64,000 bases of DNA from Eledone cirrhosa (taxonomy: Eukaryota): contig OZ024754.1 of the NCBI GenBank assembly GCA_964016885.1, forward strand, positions 16,368,001 through 16,432,000, given 5' to 3'. Shown piece after piece: positions 27,970 to 41,203 of this stretch. Within the stretch, counting starts at the first letter, position 1. Each line of letters starts with the position of its first letter. A program made the translations under genes and the position numbers. The notes below the pieces were generated by a model, which saw only the letters and a program-made list of their open reading frames with translations, was not told where the DNA came from and searched no databases.

Positions 27970-28089
27970 ACATCAATCATTTAAATAATGGTGCCTATAT
28001 TTACATATGTTTAGTATAAGTGTCTATCAATTACATGATTTATATATTAGCATATAAACACAATTTATGTGAAAAAAGAGACAGAAAAA

Positions 28090-28310
28090 GTGGGAGAAGT
28101 CACATAGAATCAATTACATGCCACAAGGATTTTGAACAGTCATGAGATGAAGGTCGTTCCCATCATCATAGGAGCATTAGGTACTATCTCGTAGAGTTCC
28201 CAAGGCTGGTTAAAGAACATCAGCCCAACCTCTTTTTTGGAACACCTCAAAAGGCAAGCCTACTGCAAACAGCAAGGACCCTCTGATATGTCCTGAATAT
28301 CTGAGGCTGC
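28090..28310 (+). mobile_element. Decayed C-terminus of an RLE-type (R4/Dong-like) LINE
   Basis: MKVVPIIIGALGTIS and LLQTARTL*YVLNI*, homologous in position to the IIGALG terminus at 22179-22340. Confidence 0.6.
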
Positions 28311-28973
28311 AGGTAGCAGCTTGATGTTCGTTAGGGCTGATATGTCCTGAATATCTGAGGCTGCAGGTAGCAGCTTGATGTTCGTTAGGGCTGATATGTC
28401 CTGAATATCTGAGGCTGCAGGTAGCAGCTTGATGTTCGTTAGGGCTGATATGTCCTGAATATCTGAGGCTGCAGGTAGCAGCTTGATGTTCGTTAGGGCT
28501 GATATGTCCTGAATATCTGAGGCTGCAGGTAGCAGCTTGATGTTCATTAGGGCTGATATGTCCTGAATATCTGAGGCGGCAGGTAGCAGCTTGATGTTCG
28601 TTAGGGCTGATATGTCCTGAATATCTGAGGCTGCAGGTAGCAGCTTGATGTTCGTTAGGGCTGATATGTCCTGAATATCTGAGGCTGCAGGTAGCAGCTT
28701 GATGTTCGTTAGGGCTGATATGTCCTGAATATCTGAGGCGGCAGGTAGCAGCTTGATGTTCATTAGGGCTGATATGTCCTGAATATCTGAGGCTGCAGGT
28801 AGCAGCTTGATGTTCGTTAGGGCTGATATGTCCTGAATATCTGAGGCGGCAGGTAGCAGCTTGATGTTCGTTAGGGCTGATATGTCCTGAATATCTGAGG
28901 CTGCAGGTAGCAGCTTGATGTTCGTTAGGGCTGATATGTCCTGAATATCTGAGGCTGCAGGTAGCAGCTTGAT
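28283..28973. repeat. 54-bp minisatellite, about 12.8 copies
   Basis: CTGATATGTCCTGAATATCTGAGGCTGCAGGTAGCAGCTTGATGTTCGTTAGGG; two variable sites. Confidence 0.97.
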
Positions 28974-29053
28974 TTTTTTAGGGCACATTTTATGGTTAAA
29001 TAACATTTTATAGTTAAATAACATTTTATGGTTAAATAATATCAAATTCGCAA

Positions 29054-29283
29054 CAATAATGGTTTCTACTATAGGCTATAGGCACAAGGCCAGCAATTTG
29101 GGGGAGGGGAAAGTCGATTAAATCGACCCCAGTGTATTACTGGTACTTTATTTTATCGACTCCATAAGGATGAAAGGCAAAGTTAACCTCGGCGGGATTT
29201 GAACTCCGATCTCAAAGGGCAGTAACTCTATACTGCAAAGCATGGTGCCCGACCCTCTCCCGATACTGCCAATCCACCACCCT
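29054..29283 (-). mobile_element. tRNA-derived SINE family 2
   Basis: Reverse complement of the copies at 40060 and 42270; B box GAGTTCAAATCC. Confidence 0.8.
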
Positions 29284-29300
29284 ATTCACAATAACAATAA

Positions 29301-29465
29301 TCATCATCATCATCATTGTTTAAGGTCCATTTTTCCATGCTAGCATGGGTTAGACAAGTTGTCCTGTTTGTAAGACAAGCCAGATCAGATGACCATGTCT
29401 TGCTCATACAAACCTGATTTTGGCTTGGTTACTATGGCTAGATACTCTTCCTAACGCCAATCACA
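29301..29465 (-). mobile_element. RTE/SINE-type 3' end with (GAT)n tail
   Basis: (CAT)n, CCATGCTAGCATGGGTTAGAC; runs directly into the 48-bp array. Confidence 0.8.
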
Positions 29466-30990
29466 TTTACAGTGTGGACTGGGTGCTTTTTGTCATGACA
29501 CCAAAACAACCATTTTACAGTGTGGACTGGGTGCTTTTTGTCATGACACCAAAACAACCATTTTACAGTGTGGACTGGGTGCTTTTTGTCATGACACCAA
29601 AACAACCATTTTACAGTGTGGGCTGGGTGCTTTTTGTCATGACACCAAAACAACCATTTTACAGTGTGGACTGGGTGCTTTTTGTCATGACACCAAAACA
29701 ACCATTTTACAGTGTGGACTGGGTGCTTTTTGTCATGACACCAAAACAACCATTTTACAGTGTGGGCTGGGTGCTTTTTGTCATGACACCAAAACAACCA
29801 TTTTACAGTGTGGACTGGGTGCTTTTTGTCATGACACCAAAACAACCATTTTACAGTGTGGACTGGGTGCTTTTTGTCATGACACCAAAACAACCATTTT
29901 ACAGTGTGGGCTGGGTGCTTTTTGTCATGACACCAAAACAACCATTTTACAGTGTGGACTGGGTGCTTTTTGTCATGACACCAAAACAACCATTTTACAG
30001 TGTGGGCTGGGTGCTTTTTGTCATGACACCAAAACAACCATTTTACAGTGTGGACTGGGTGCTTTTTGTCATGACACCAAAACAACCATTTTACAGTGTG
30101 GGCTGGGTGCTTTTTGTCATGACACCAAAACAACCATTTTACAGTGTGGACTGGGTGCTTTTTGTCATGACACCAAAACAACCATTTTACAGTGTGGACT
30201 GGGTGCTTTTTGTCATGACACCAAAACAACCATTTTACAGTGTGGACTGGGTGCTTTTTGTCATGACACCAAAACAACCATTTTACAGTGTGGGCTGGGT
30301 GCTTTTTGTCATGACACCAAAACAACCATTTTACAGTGTGGACTGGGTGCTTTTTGTCATGACACCAAAACAACCATTTTACAGTGTGGGCTGGGTGCTT
30401 TTTGTCATGACACCAAAACAACCATTTTACAGTGTGGACTGGGTGCTTTTTGTCATGACACCAAAACAACCATTTTACAGTGTGGGCTGTGTGCTTTTTG
30501 TCATGACACCAAAACAACCATTTTACAGTGTGGACTGGGTGCTTTTTGTCATGACACCAAAACAACCATTTTACAGTGTGGACTGGGTGCTTTTTGTCAT
30601 GACACCAAAACAACCATTTTACAGTGTGGACTGGGTGCTTTTTGTCATGACACCAAAACAACCATTTTACAGTGTGGGCTGGGTGCTTTTTGTCATGACA
30701 CCAAAACAACCATTTTACAGTGTGGACTGGGTGCTTTTTGTCATGACACCAAAACAACCATTTTACAGTGTGGGCTGGGTGCTTTTTGTCATGACACCAA
30801 AACAACCATTTTACAGTGTGGACTGGGTGCTTTTTGTCATGACACCAAAACAACCATTTTACAGTGTGGACTGGGTGCTTTTTGTCATGACACCAAAACA
30901 ACCATTTTACAGTGTGGACTGGGTGCTTTTTGTCATGACACCAAAACAACCATTTTACAGTGTGGGCTGGGTGCTTTTTGCTGTGACACC
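29466..30990. repeat. 48-bp minisatellite, about 32 copies, derived from the retroelement 3' region
   Basis: TTTTACAGTGTGG(A/G)CTGGGTGCTTTTTGTCATGACACCAAAACAACCA. Confidence 0.97.
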
Positions 30991-31203
30991 CAGGTGTTGG
31001 AGGTGAATGGGGATAGAAGAGGTAGATCTAGGGATATAACAAAGTATTATAGTATAAGAGGGAGATATGAGGCTGTGTGTAACAATAGTTTCATCAAACT
31101 TGAAGTGATTTATTTAACATGGATTTTAGAAATTTAGAAATGTTATACTTGAAATTAAGATGGTAACTCTGTGATATGAATAAAAATCAAATGAATAAAT
31201 AAT

Positions 31204-31409
31204 GTGTGTGTGTATACGTGTATGTATGTATGTTTGTGTGTTTATATGTATGTATGTTTGTGTGCGTTTATATATGTATGTTTGTGTGTGTTAATATGTA
31301 TATGTGTATGTATGTTTGTACGTGATTATATGTATATATGTGTATGTATGTATGTATATTTACGTGTATTTTATGTATGTATGTATATGTATGCATGTAT
31401 GTATGTGTG
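31204..31409. repeat. Degenerate (TG)/(TATG) microsatellite
   Basis: Direct reading. Confidence 0.85.
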
Positions 31410-31552
31410 TAACTTGCTATCTTAGTTATGTACTCTGTTGGAGTTTTATGAGGAAGGTGGTGGTCATGCCACACTGGTATATCAACTGTATGAGGGGTAG
31501 CGAGGTGGTTTACTGATGATGGATGTCTACCATCTGACAAGATGAAGCAATC

Positions 31553-33110
31553 ATATATATATATATATGTACACATGTATGTATGTATGTATGCACAATG
31601 TATATATGTACAATGTATATATGTACACATGTATGTATGTACAATGTATGTATGTACACATGTATGTATGCACAATGTATGTATGTACAATGTATGTATG
31701 TACAATGTATGTATGTACACATGTATGTATGTACAATGTATATATGTACAATGTATATATGTACAATGTATGTATGTATGCACAATGTATATATGTACAA
31801 TGTATGTATGTACACATGTATGTATGTACAATGTATATATGTACACATGTATGTATGTACAATGTATGTATGTACACATGTATGTATGTACAATGTATAT
31901 ATGTACAATGTATGTATGTACACATGTATGTATGTACAATGTATATATGTACAATGTATGTATGTACACATGTATGTATGTACAATGTATATATGTACAC
32001 ATGTATGTATGTACAATGTATATATGTACACATGTATGTATGTATGTACAATGTATATATGTAAAATGTATATATGTACAATGTATATATGTACAATGTA
32101 TGTATGTACACATGTATGTATGTACAATGTATATATGTACACATGTATGTATGTACAATGTATGTATGTACACATGTATGTATGTACAATGTATATATGT
32201 ACACATGTATATATGTATGTACAATGTATATATGTACACATGTATGTATGTATGTACAATGTATATATGTACAATGTATGTATGTACAATGTATATATGT
32301 ACAATGTATGTATGTACACATGTATGTATGTACACATGTATGTATGTACAATGTATGTATGTACACATGTATGTATGTACAATGTATATATGTACACATG
32401 TATGTATGTATGTACAATGTATTTATGTACACATGTATGTATGTATGTATGTACAATGTATATATGTACACATGTATGTATATATGTACAATGTATATAT
32501 GTACACATGTATATATGTATGTACAATGTATATATGTACACATGTATGTATGTATGTATGTACAATGTATATATGTATGCATGTATGTACAATGTATATA
32601 TGTACACATGTATGTATATATGTACAATGTATGTATGTACACATGTATGTATGTACACATGTATGTATGTACAATGTATATATGTACAATGTATATATGT
32701 ACAATGTATGTATGTATGCACAATGTATATATGTACAATGTATGTATGTACACATGTATGTATGTACAATGTATATATGTACACATGTATGTATGTATGT
32801 ATGTACAATGTATATATGTACAATGTATGTATGTATGTACAATGTATGTATGTACAATGTATGTGTGTATGTACAATGTATGTATGTACAATGTATGTGT
32901 GTATGCATGTACATATATATGTATGTACAATGTATATATGTACAATGTATGTATGTACACATATATGTATGTACAATGTATGCATGCATGCATGTATATA
33001 TATATATACATATTTTGAAATGCCACAATGCATGTGTATATATATATATATATACATATTTTGAAATGCCACAATGCATGTGTATATATATATATATACA
33101 TATTTTGAAA
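31553..33110. repeat. Complex minisatellite built from ACAATGTATRTATGT / ACACATGTATGT units
   Basis: Direct reading; ends in about 2.5 copies of CATATTTTGAAATGCCACAATGCATGTG(TA)n. Confidence 0.92.
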
Positions 33111-33626
33111 ATATAGTTGTCACAATGCTGATCACTAAATTTATTACCCCTTTCACGACCCTATTTCAATTAATTTGTTAATAATTTTGAGGCTTTACTA
33201 AGATTATTAATTATTTCATTACTATGACAGTAACTTAATGTAAGGTTCTTATATAAAAATATGTAGTCATCTGAAATAGGGTTTTTAGACCTGAAATATT
33301 AGGACAGGTAAATAAGATAACAGTTGACGCACCAACTTCTTTATTGCATTCAATTTATTTCAAGATCTGCCTTCCATTTTGCATTGTTGTAACCCTTGAA
33401 TAACATACTGCTTTATACATTAACACAATGCTTCAAGCAAACCACAACACCCTCTGATATATAGCTTGCCGTTGGGCTCCAACTCTCTAATATATTTACA
33501 CTCTACTATCAAAAGTATTGAGTACTCTGCTGAATAATATATTTACTAGTTTAAAACTGGTATAATCCTCAGATATATATATGGATGTGTTGAGAGAGAA
33601 ACTGTGTCTGAGAGGGATAAATTGTA

Positions 33627-33899
33627 GTGAGGAGACTGCGAAGGTATGGACATGTGATGCGCATGGAGGATGACCGATGGGTGAAGAAGTGCCAAGAAAT
33701 GCCAGTTGAAGGAAGACGTAGTAGAGGAAGACCACGAAAAACATGGGCGGAGGTGGTGAGAGCAGACCATGGATTGCTGAAGTTCACGGTGGAGATGACG
33801 AAGGACCGTGACAAGTGGAGAGATGCTGTGCTGAATAGGATCTGTCCCACCCTTGCAAGCAGGGAAAAGCAGACGTAAAATGATGATGATGATGATGAT
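33627..33899 (+). mobile_element. RTE family C 3' fragment in which the ORF runs directly into the tail
   Basis: [30 protein letters not shown] followed by (GAT)n. Confidence 0.85.
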
Positions 33900-33919
33900 A
33901 TATATATATATATATATAT

Positions 33920-35632
33920 CATCATCATCGTTTAACATCTATCTTCCACGCTAACATGGGTTTAGATGGGAATTGTCCCACTTGAGGCAAGATTGGTTGA
34001 CTCACTCGTTTGGGGCTGTCTGGCAGGTTTTCTACAGCTGGATGCCCTTCCTAACACCACCCATGTTTACAGTGTGGACTGGGAGGTTTTTACCGTGTTA
34101 CCTACACAGCCACATTACACCGTGGACTGTGTGTTTTTTTGTCATGACACCTACACAACCTCATTTATTTAGGACTGGATGTTGTGGTACCAACATAACT
34201 TTACAGAGAAAGGGGGTGGTATTGCTGGTGTTGGGGTAGTGGGGGGGGGTATATTTGATTAAGAAGTGCCTACTGACTGTAGGTTTCGCTTTGTACTTAG
34301 GCAATGCGGGTTTTCTGTATTACTGTGAAGCGCCAAAGATCTCGGTCCAGCGACATTGTCTTAGAGAGGTGTAAGTGTGTAAGGTTGGAATTTATCAAAT
34401 CGCCCCAGGTTTTTCTGGGTCTGCCTACTCTGTAGCTTCCATGAATTTTGATCCCCCTGCACTTTTTTATACAGCTGTCGTCTTTCATGCACGTCACGTG
34501 ACCATACCAACGTAGTCTTCTCTTGAGTAAACAGCATCTGATCCCTCTTATACCTAATTTCTCACTTAGTTCATTTATGCTTTGCTGTTCACGTATATTA
34601 CTATTACACATCCAACGGAGCATGCATGCTTTGTTCCTCTCCAGTCTGCGCAGATCCTCTGAACACAATACCCATGTCTCATGCCATGTAACATTGCTGT
34701 TCGTATGCAGGCATCATACAGTCTGCCTTTCATTTTTAGAGAGAAACCTTTAGCGTCCAATTGTGGTATAAGCTCTCTGAATTTTTTCCATCCCATTCTG
34801 ACTCTGGCTACTGTACTTTCTGAGCACCCTTCACCACTGCTGATTTTGTCACCCCGGTAATGGAAGGTGTCCACTATTTCTATAGAGCCATCTGGGCAAT
34901 AGAAGGAGCTAGTATCCTGTGGGCGCTTGCTACTTATTGCACCTGAGCACCGGCCACATATAAAATCTACGTTCATAGATAGCTTACCTGTGATCCCACT
35001 ACATCTTTTATGCACCCATACTTTGCATTTGGGACATAAAATGAAATTTCTGCCTACCTACTCCTTTCCTACACACTGAGCATGGCCATTTCCCAGAGGG
35101 GACCTGTGCCCTATTTTCCTAGACTAGAACTTTAGTCTTAGACAAGTTAACTTTAAGGCCTTTTGATTCTAGACCATGCTTCCATGTTTGGAATTTCTTC
35201 TCTAGTTCATCCATCGATTCAGCTATGAGCGTTAGATCATCTGCATAGAGAAGTTCCCATGGGCAGCCAGTCTTGAACTCCTCTGTTATAGCCTGAAGGA
35301 CAATAATAAATAGGAGGGGGCTAAGGATAGAGCCCTGATGAACACCAACTTTTATGCTAAATTCTTCACTATATTCGTTGTTAATTCTAACGTTGCTGAC
35401 TGTTTCTTTATACATGGCTTGTATAGCTCTCACAAGCCATTCATCAACCCCAAGTGTTTTAAGGGCCCACGCGGGGGACTCTGTCAAATGCTTTCTCCAA
35501 GTCAACAAAAGCTAAGTATAGGGGTTTAATTTTAGCTAGGTACTTCTCCTGTAGTTGTCGTACAAGGAAAAGAGCATCTGTGGTACTTTTACCTGACACA
35601 AACCCAAACTGCGTTTCATCTAGATCAATTCG
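33920..35632 (-). mobile_element. RTE family B (PHD-containing), 5'-truncated, several frameshifts
   Basis: (CAT)n tail, UTR, ORF pieces 34297-34668, 34575-35015 and 35119-35508 with YADD. Confidence 0.9.
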
Positions 35633-36744
35633 CTGGGTCTGCCTACTCCGTAGCTTCCATCAATTTTGATCGCCCTGCACTTTTTTTATACAGCTGTCGT
35701 CTTTCATGCGCATCACGTGACCATACCAACGTAGTCTTCTCTCGAGTAAACAACATCTGATCCCTCTTATTTCTAATTTTTCCCTTAGTTCGTTTATGCT
35801 TTGCCATTCACGTATATTACTATTACACATCCAGCGGAGCATGCAAGCTTTGTTCCTCTCCAGTCTGCGTATATCCTCTGCACACAATGCCCAGGTCTCA
35901 CTGCCATGTAACATTGCTGTTCTTATACAGGCATCATACAGCCTGCCTTTCATTTTTAGTGAGAACCCTTTAGTGGCCAATAGTGGTATAAGCTCTCTGA
36001 ACTTTTTCCATCCCGTTCTGACTCTAGCTACTGTACTTTCAGAGCACCCTCCCCTACTACTGATTTTGTCACCCAGGTAACGGAAGCTGTCCACTATTTC
36101 TATAGAACCATCTGTGCAATGGAATGAGCTAGTATTCTGTGGGCACTTGCTACTATTTATTGCACCAGAGCACCGGCCACATATAAAATCTATGTTCTTA
36201 GTTAACTTACCTGTGATCCCACTACATCTTTTATGCACCCATACTTTGCATTTGGGACATAAAATGGAGTTTCTACCTACCCCTTTCCTACACACTGAGC
36301 ATGGCCATTTCCCGGATGGGACCACTGCCCTATTTTCCTTCCTACAAACTAGAACTTTAGTCTTAGACAGGTTAATTTTAAGGCCTTTTGATTCTAGGCC
36401 ATGCTTCCATGTTTGTAATTTCTTCTCTAGTTCGGCCATTGATTCAGCTATGAGCGTTAGATCATCTGCGTATAGGAGTTCCCATGGGCAGCCGGTCTTG
36501 AACTCCAGTTATAGCCTGAAGGGCAATAATAAATAGTAGGGGGCTAAGAACGGAGCCCTGATGAACACCAACTTTTATGCTAAACTCCTCACTATATTCG
36601 TTGTTAATTCTAACCTTGCTGACTGTTTCTTTATACATGGCTTGTATAGCTCTCACAAGCCATTCATCAACACCTAGTTTTCTAAGAGCCCACCAGATAA
36701 TGGAACGGGGGACTCTGTCGAAGGCTTTTTCCAAGTCGACAAAA
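35633..36744 (-). mobile_element. RTE family B RT/PHD segment (inverted 5' part of a second copy)
   Basis: EKAFDRV, GVHQGSVLSP, YADD, C4HC3 finger, FRYLG; stops at GRP with no contiguous 3' end. Confidence 0.9.
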
Positions 36745-36951
36745 ACACACAGTCCACGCTGTAATGTGGTCGTGTAGGTAACACGGTAAAAACCTCCCAG
36801 CCCACACTGTAAACGTGGTTGGTGTTAGGAAGGTCATCCAGCCATAGAAAACCTATACAAACAGGACAACCAATCTTGCCTCAAGTGGGAAAACTCCCGT
36901 CCAAACCCATGCAAGCATGGAAGATGGACGTTAAACGATGATGATGATGAT
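36737..36951 (+). mobile_element. RTE family B distal 3' UTR and (GAT)n tail
   Basis: Reverse complement of 7710-7940; joined to the upstream inverted RT segment through CGACAAAA. Confidence 0.85.
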
Positions 36952-36967
36952 ATATATATATATATAA

Positions 36968-37310
36968 TGGAGGCACATGGCTTAGTGGTTAGAGCATTGT
37001 CCTTGCAATCGAAAGGTTGTGAGTTCAATTCTCAGACCGGGTAATGTGTTGTTTCCTTGAGCAAGACACTTTATTTCACATTGCTCCAGTTTACTCAGCT
37101 GTAGAAATGAGATGATAGGAACTGGGGTGCCTATCATTCCACTGCAAAGTGGTCGTGGAGGTGCCACGGCAAAAAAGCACCCAGCACTCACTGTAAATGA
37201 GGTTGGTGTTAGGAAGGGCATCCAGCTGTAGAAATCAAGCCAGAATCAGTTCCTGTCCCACCCTTGCAAGCAGGGAAAAGTGGACGTAAAATGATGATGA
37301 TGATGATGAT
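36968..37310 (+). mobile_element. tRNA-derived CORE-like SINE with RTE tail
   Basis: Same family as 11364-11702. Confidence 0.88.
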
Positions 37311-37345
37311 ATATATATATGTGTATATATATATATGTGTTTTTA

Positions 37346-37424
37346 CAGGGCATTCCCAAAAATGTATACACATATATGTGTTGGAATGCTGTTCAAGTGT
37401 GTATACATTTTTGGGTACACCCTG
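37346..37424. mobile_element. Miniature Tc1/mariner-like MITE (79 bp)
   Basis: TA|CAGGGCATTCCCAAAAATGTATACAC...GTGTATACATTTTTGGGTACACCCTG|TA. Confidence 0.7.
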
Positions 37425-37450
37425 TATATATTTATATATGTATATACAAA

Positions 37451-37488
<38 letters not shown>

Positions 37489-37536
37489 AATGAAAGGTAT
37501 AGAAATTGTTTTAGCAAGAAGCTAATAGTATTCTAT

Positions 37537-37566
<30 letters not shown>

Positions 37567-37570
<4 letters not shown>

Positions 37571-38633
37571 AACTCCATTCTTTGCCCCAAATGCAAACAA
37601 TGGGTACACAAGAGATGTAGCGGGATCTCAGGAAGCTTAATTAAGAATGTAGGATTCACATGCAGCAGCTGTGCTGAAACAGCAAGCAAACAGCCACAGG
37701 AAACAAGTACCACCAATCTCTGGGAGGGCCCTGTAGAAACAGTAGACAGCTTCTGCTACCTAGGTGACCGAATTAGCAACGGAGGTGGGTGCTCAGAAAG
37801 TACAATAACTAGGGTAAGAACGGGATGGAAGAAGTTTAGGGAACTACTACCACTGCTAGCTGCAAAAGGCTTCTCCCTCAGAATGAAAGGCAGACTGTAT
37901 GATGCGTGTATCCGAACAGCGATGTTGCATGGTAGTGAGACCTGGGCGCTGAAGGTGGAAGACTTACGTAGATTAGAGAGAAACGAAGCCTGCATGCTCC
38001 GATGGATGTGTAACAGTAATATACGTGAACGACAAAGCATAAATGAATTGAGAGAGAGACTGAGCATAAGAGGAATCAAATGCTGCGTGCAGGAGAGGCG
38101 GTTACGCTGGTATGGACATGTGATGCGTATGAAGGATGACAGCTGCATAAAAAGGTGCAGAGCACTAGAAGTTGATGGAAACCGCGGAGTGGGGAGACCC
38201 AAGATGACTTGGGATGAGGTGATAAAAGCCGACCTTACCCAACTACACCTCTCAAAGTCAATGACACACGACCGTGACTTCTGGCGTCACGCAGTAATAC
38301 AGGGTACCCGACCTCCCATGGGTACATGCTGAAGCATATAAACAATATGCCCCCCCCCCCCCCACCGCAAGGTGGTCGTGGAGGTGCCACGGCAAAAAAG
38401 CACCCAGCCCACACTGTAAAGTGGACGTGTAGGCGCCACGAAAAAGCACCCAGCACTCACTGTAAATGAGGTTGGTGTTAGGAAGGGCATCCAGCTGTAG
38501 AAATCAAGCCAGATCAGTTCCTGTATGAGCAAGGCATGGTCAGCCGACCAGACACTGCCCACAACAGGACAACCCGTCTAACCCATGCTAGCGTGGAAGA
38601 ACGGACGTAAAACGGTGATGATGATGATGATGA

Positions 38634-38637
<4 letters not shown>
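37567..38637 (+). mobile_element. RTE family A, 5'-truncated within the PHD-like finger
   Basis: Near-identical to 2061-3128; TA on both sides. Confidence 0.94.
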
Positions 38638-38680
<43 letters not shown>

Positions 38681-39456
38681 AATATATATACACACACACA
38701 CACACACACAAATATATATATATATATATATTCAGTTTGCCATTGAAAACTAGATGCACTGACAGTTCACAGATAATAAACCCAAACAGCTTTATAATAT
38801 ATGTAGAAAGCAAACCAATTAAAATATAGAGTTGAGCTGGAAGGCAACTTTAGTTAATTATTTTCTGACTTAAAAAAAAACAGAAAAAAAAAAAAATCTA
38901 GCTGAATTCTTAATATAACAATTGTTCAGAAGTTATAAGGTTGTTAGTAAATATAGTTGGTAAGAAGGCAGCTCTGGATTGCTGTTTGATAAATGTTGAA
39001 GTCAACTTAGATTCTCTGTAAATACTAAGGAAGCTCCTTGCTTCCATTAACTGTTATTAGTTTATCGGATTCCTCCCCTCTCCTTTTCTTCTCAGGGACT
39101 GCTGAGATTGATGAGGTTAACCCTTTCTGAACTATGCTATGGTATGTTCCCATAACTCCCGACTGAGTTGTAGGGGCACCATAGTGACATACAGTGTTTC
39201 TTGGGCATTTTAAGCCTGGCAGAGTCCACTCCTCGCACATCATGACTCTATTTTCACCTGAGATTACAAGACTCCTCTCTGGACAGGACACCAGTCTATT
39301 GCAGGGTTAGAGTTTGTTTCAAGCCTGGAGGCTCATCAGGCCGGCCATGGATTTGGTCAACTGTCACCTTAGATTTGGTCACTTTTAGTGGCATCCATTC
39401 TATTGCAAGCATTCAAGCATGAGAATACCTTCCTCACTCCATCATACTAGTCTTAT

Positions 39457-39720
39457 TTAAAGTCTGTCTCGAGTCCAGAGGCTTATCCCGGTTTCCATGG
39501 CATAAATTGACCGAGAGTATATGACTGCCCCTTGGACAGGATGCCAGTCTATCGCAGGGTTAAACTCCCATCTACTGCTGGTGCTCATTTTCAGCTGAGT
39601 ATACTGGAGCAACAGGAAATGAAGGGTTTTGCTCAAGAACACAACACACAATCCAGTCAAGAAATTGAACCCATGACATCATGATCATAAGTCCAACACT
39701 TTTACTGAGTCACCAGAACT
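39457..39720 (-). mobile_element. Older CORE-like tRNA SINE
   Basis: CAGCTGAGTATACTGGAGCAA..TTGCTCAAGAACACAAC resembles the SINE at 10330-10410; partial duplicate near 39270-39310. Confidence 0.6.
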
Positions 39721-40059
39721 AGACTTTATATGAACTTAAAAATCCACAAGTGTCAATTTCTAAATGAGTGTTTATTCATTAATGTAGAATTGTTATTGTA
39801 ATTAAATTCTTGTTTATAAACAACTCATTAAAATAAATAATTTAAAATAAAACATTTAAATGTATTTACCAACCCATGCCTGCGTGGAATGTAGACATAA
39901 AAATTACAACAGTGATAACTTCATGTTTTATAGGAAATAAGAAAATAATAATAATAACAAAATTTAGAATTAGCAGAGAGAAAAAATAAAAATTAATAAA
40001 AAAAAATGTTTATACAATGTATTGACACTGGAAAAACAATTATAACTTGATATTAATCT

Positions 40060-40241
40060 TGGATTGGCAGTATCGGTAGAGGGTCGGACGCTATGCTTTC
40101 CAGCATAGTTACGTTCCTTTACGATCTGAGTTCAAATCCCGCCGAGGTTGACTTTGCCTTTCATCCTTACGGGGTCGATAAAATAAAGTACCAGTAATGC
40201 ACTGGGTAATTGCTGGCCTTGTGCCAAAAGTAGAAACAATT
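40060..40241 (+). mobile_element. tRNA-derived SINE family 2
   Basis: TGGCAGTATCGG A-box-like, GAGTTCAAATCC B box; near-identical to 42270-42457. Confidence 0.8.
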
Positions 40242-40359
40242 AATCTTAAGGATGAGTTTGACATCTTTTTTAGCATAAATTATCTTGACTTCTCTCTGAG
40301 ATGAAACATAATTATCATATGTTATACATAGAGGAAAGAGAGGGGAGGGGTAAAGTGTG

Positions 40360-40616
40360 TAAGAGAGAGAGTGTGAGAGGGGGAGATAGAGAGTTGGTGT
40401 GTGAGAGAGAGAGAGAGAGTTGGTGTGTGAGTGTGAGAGAGGGGGAGATAGAGAGTTGGTGTGTGAGAGTGAGAGAGAGAGAGAGTGTGTGAGAGAGGGG
40501 GAGATAGAGAATTGGTGTGTGAGAGAGGGAGAGATAGAGAGTTGGTGTGTGAGAGAGAGAGAGGAGGAGATAGAGAATTGGTGTGTGTGAGAGAGAGAGA
40601 GAGAGAGTTGGTCGGT

Positions 40617-40679
<63 letters not shown>

Positions 40680-40682
40680 TGT
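40360..40682. repeat. Compound (AG)/(TG) minisatellite
   Basis: GAGAGTTGGTGTGTGAGAGA units. Confidence 0.88.
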
Positions 40683-41044
40683 ATGAAAGAGGAGGAGAGA
40701 AAAGTAATTTCTTAATAGCTGAGATTATTTGGAAGAGTTTTTCAGCATTAAAATACAACAACAACAACCAACATTATAGACTGAGGGTGTAATTGTTTTA
40801 TTTTAGTCACTTTAATTAACGATGGAATAAATGAAATGAATTATTTTCTACATTTCTTTCACTGTATTTCTCTCAGACATATTTCACAATGCTGGAATTA
40901 TTAGTGAAATTGGTTCATAGATTGGAATGGATCTCCGTCGGTTTCAATGATAAATCTTCGAGTGGTCTGCTCATGACATCAACGTGTAAGTGGCTGAGCA
41001 TTCTATGGACAAGTGTACCCATAACATAATTCTCTGGGAGATTC

Positions 41045-41203
41045 AAGAAAAACCTGGGCAGAGGTTGTGAGAGCTGATCTTAAATCGCTGAGATTCACAG
41101 AGGAGATGACAAAGGAACTCAGTGAGTGGAGTGCTGAGAAGGACCCGTCCAACCCATGCTAGCATGGCAAAACAGATGTAAAATGATGATGATGATGATG
41201 ATT
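41045..41203 (+). mobile_element. Short RTE 3' fragment, ORF end directly followed by tail, nested in an older element
   Basis: RKTWAEVVRADL, ACCCGTCCAACCCATGCTAGCATGG, (GAT)n; GATTCA on both sides. Confidence 0.75.

Noticed and set aside
28283-28973. Hammerhead or telomeric motif in the 54-bp unit (CTGATAT, TTAGGG)
   Set aside because: No GAAA/stem architecture, and only one TTAGGG per unit
28260-29045. 261-aa leucine-rich-repeat-like ORF (DISALTNIKLL)
   Set aside because: Antisense reading of the 54-bp LINE-derived minisatellite; units are nearly identical at DNA level
29420-31006. 528-aa and 503-aa repeat proteins, or a CRISPR array
   Set aside because: The 48-bp unit is a multiple of 3, derives from a TE, and has no unique spacers or cas genes
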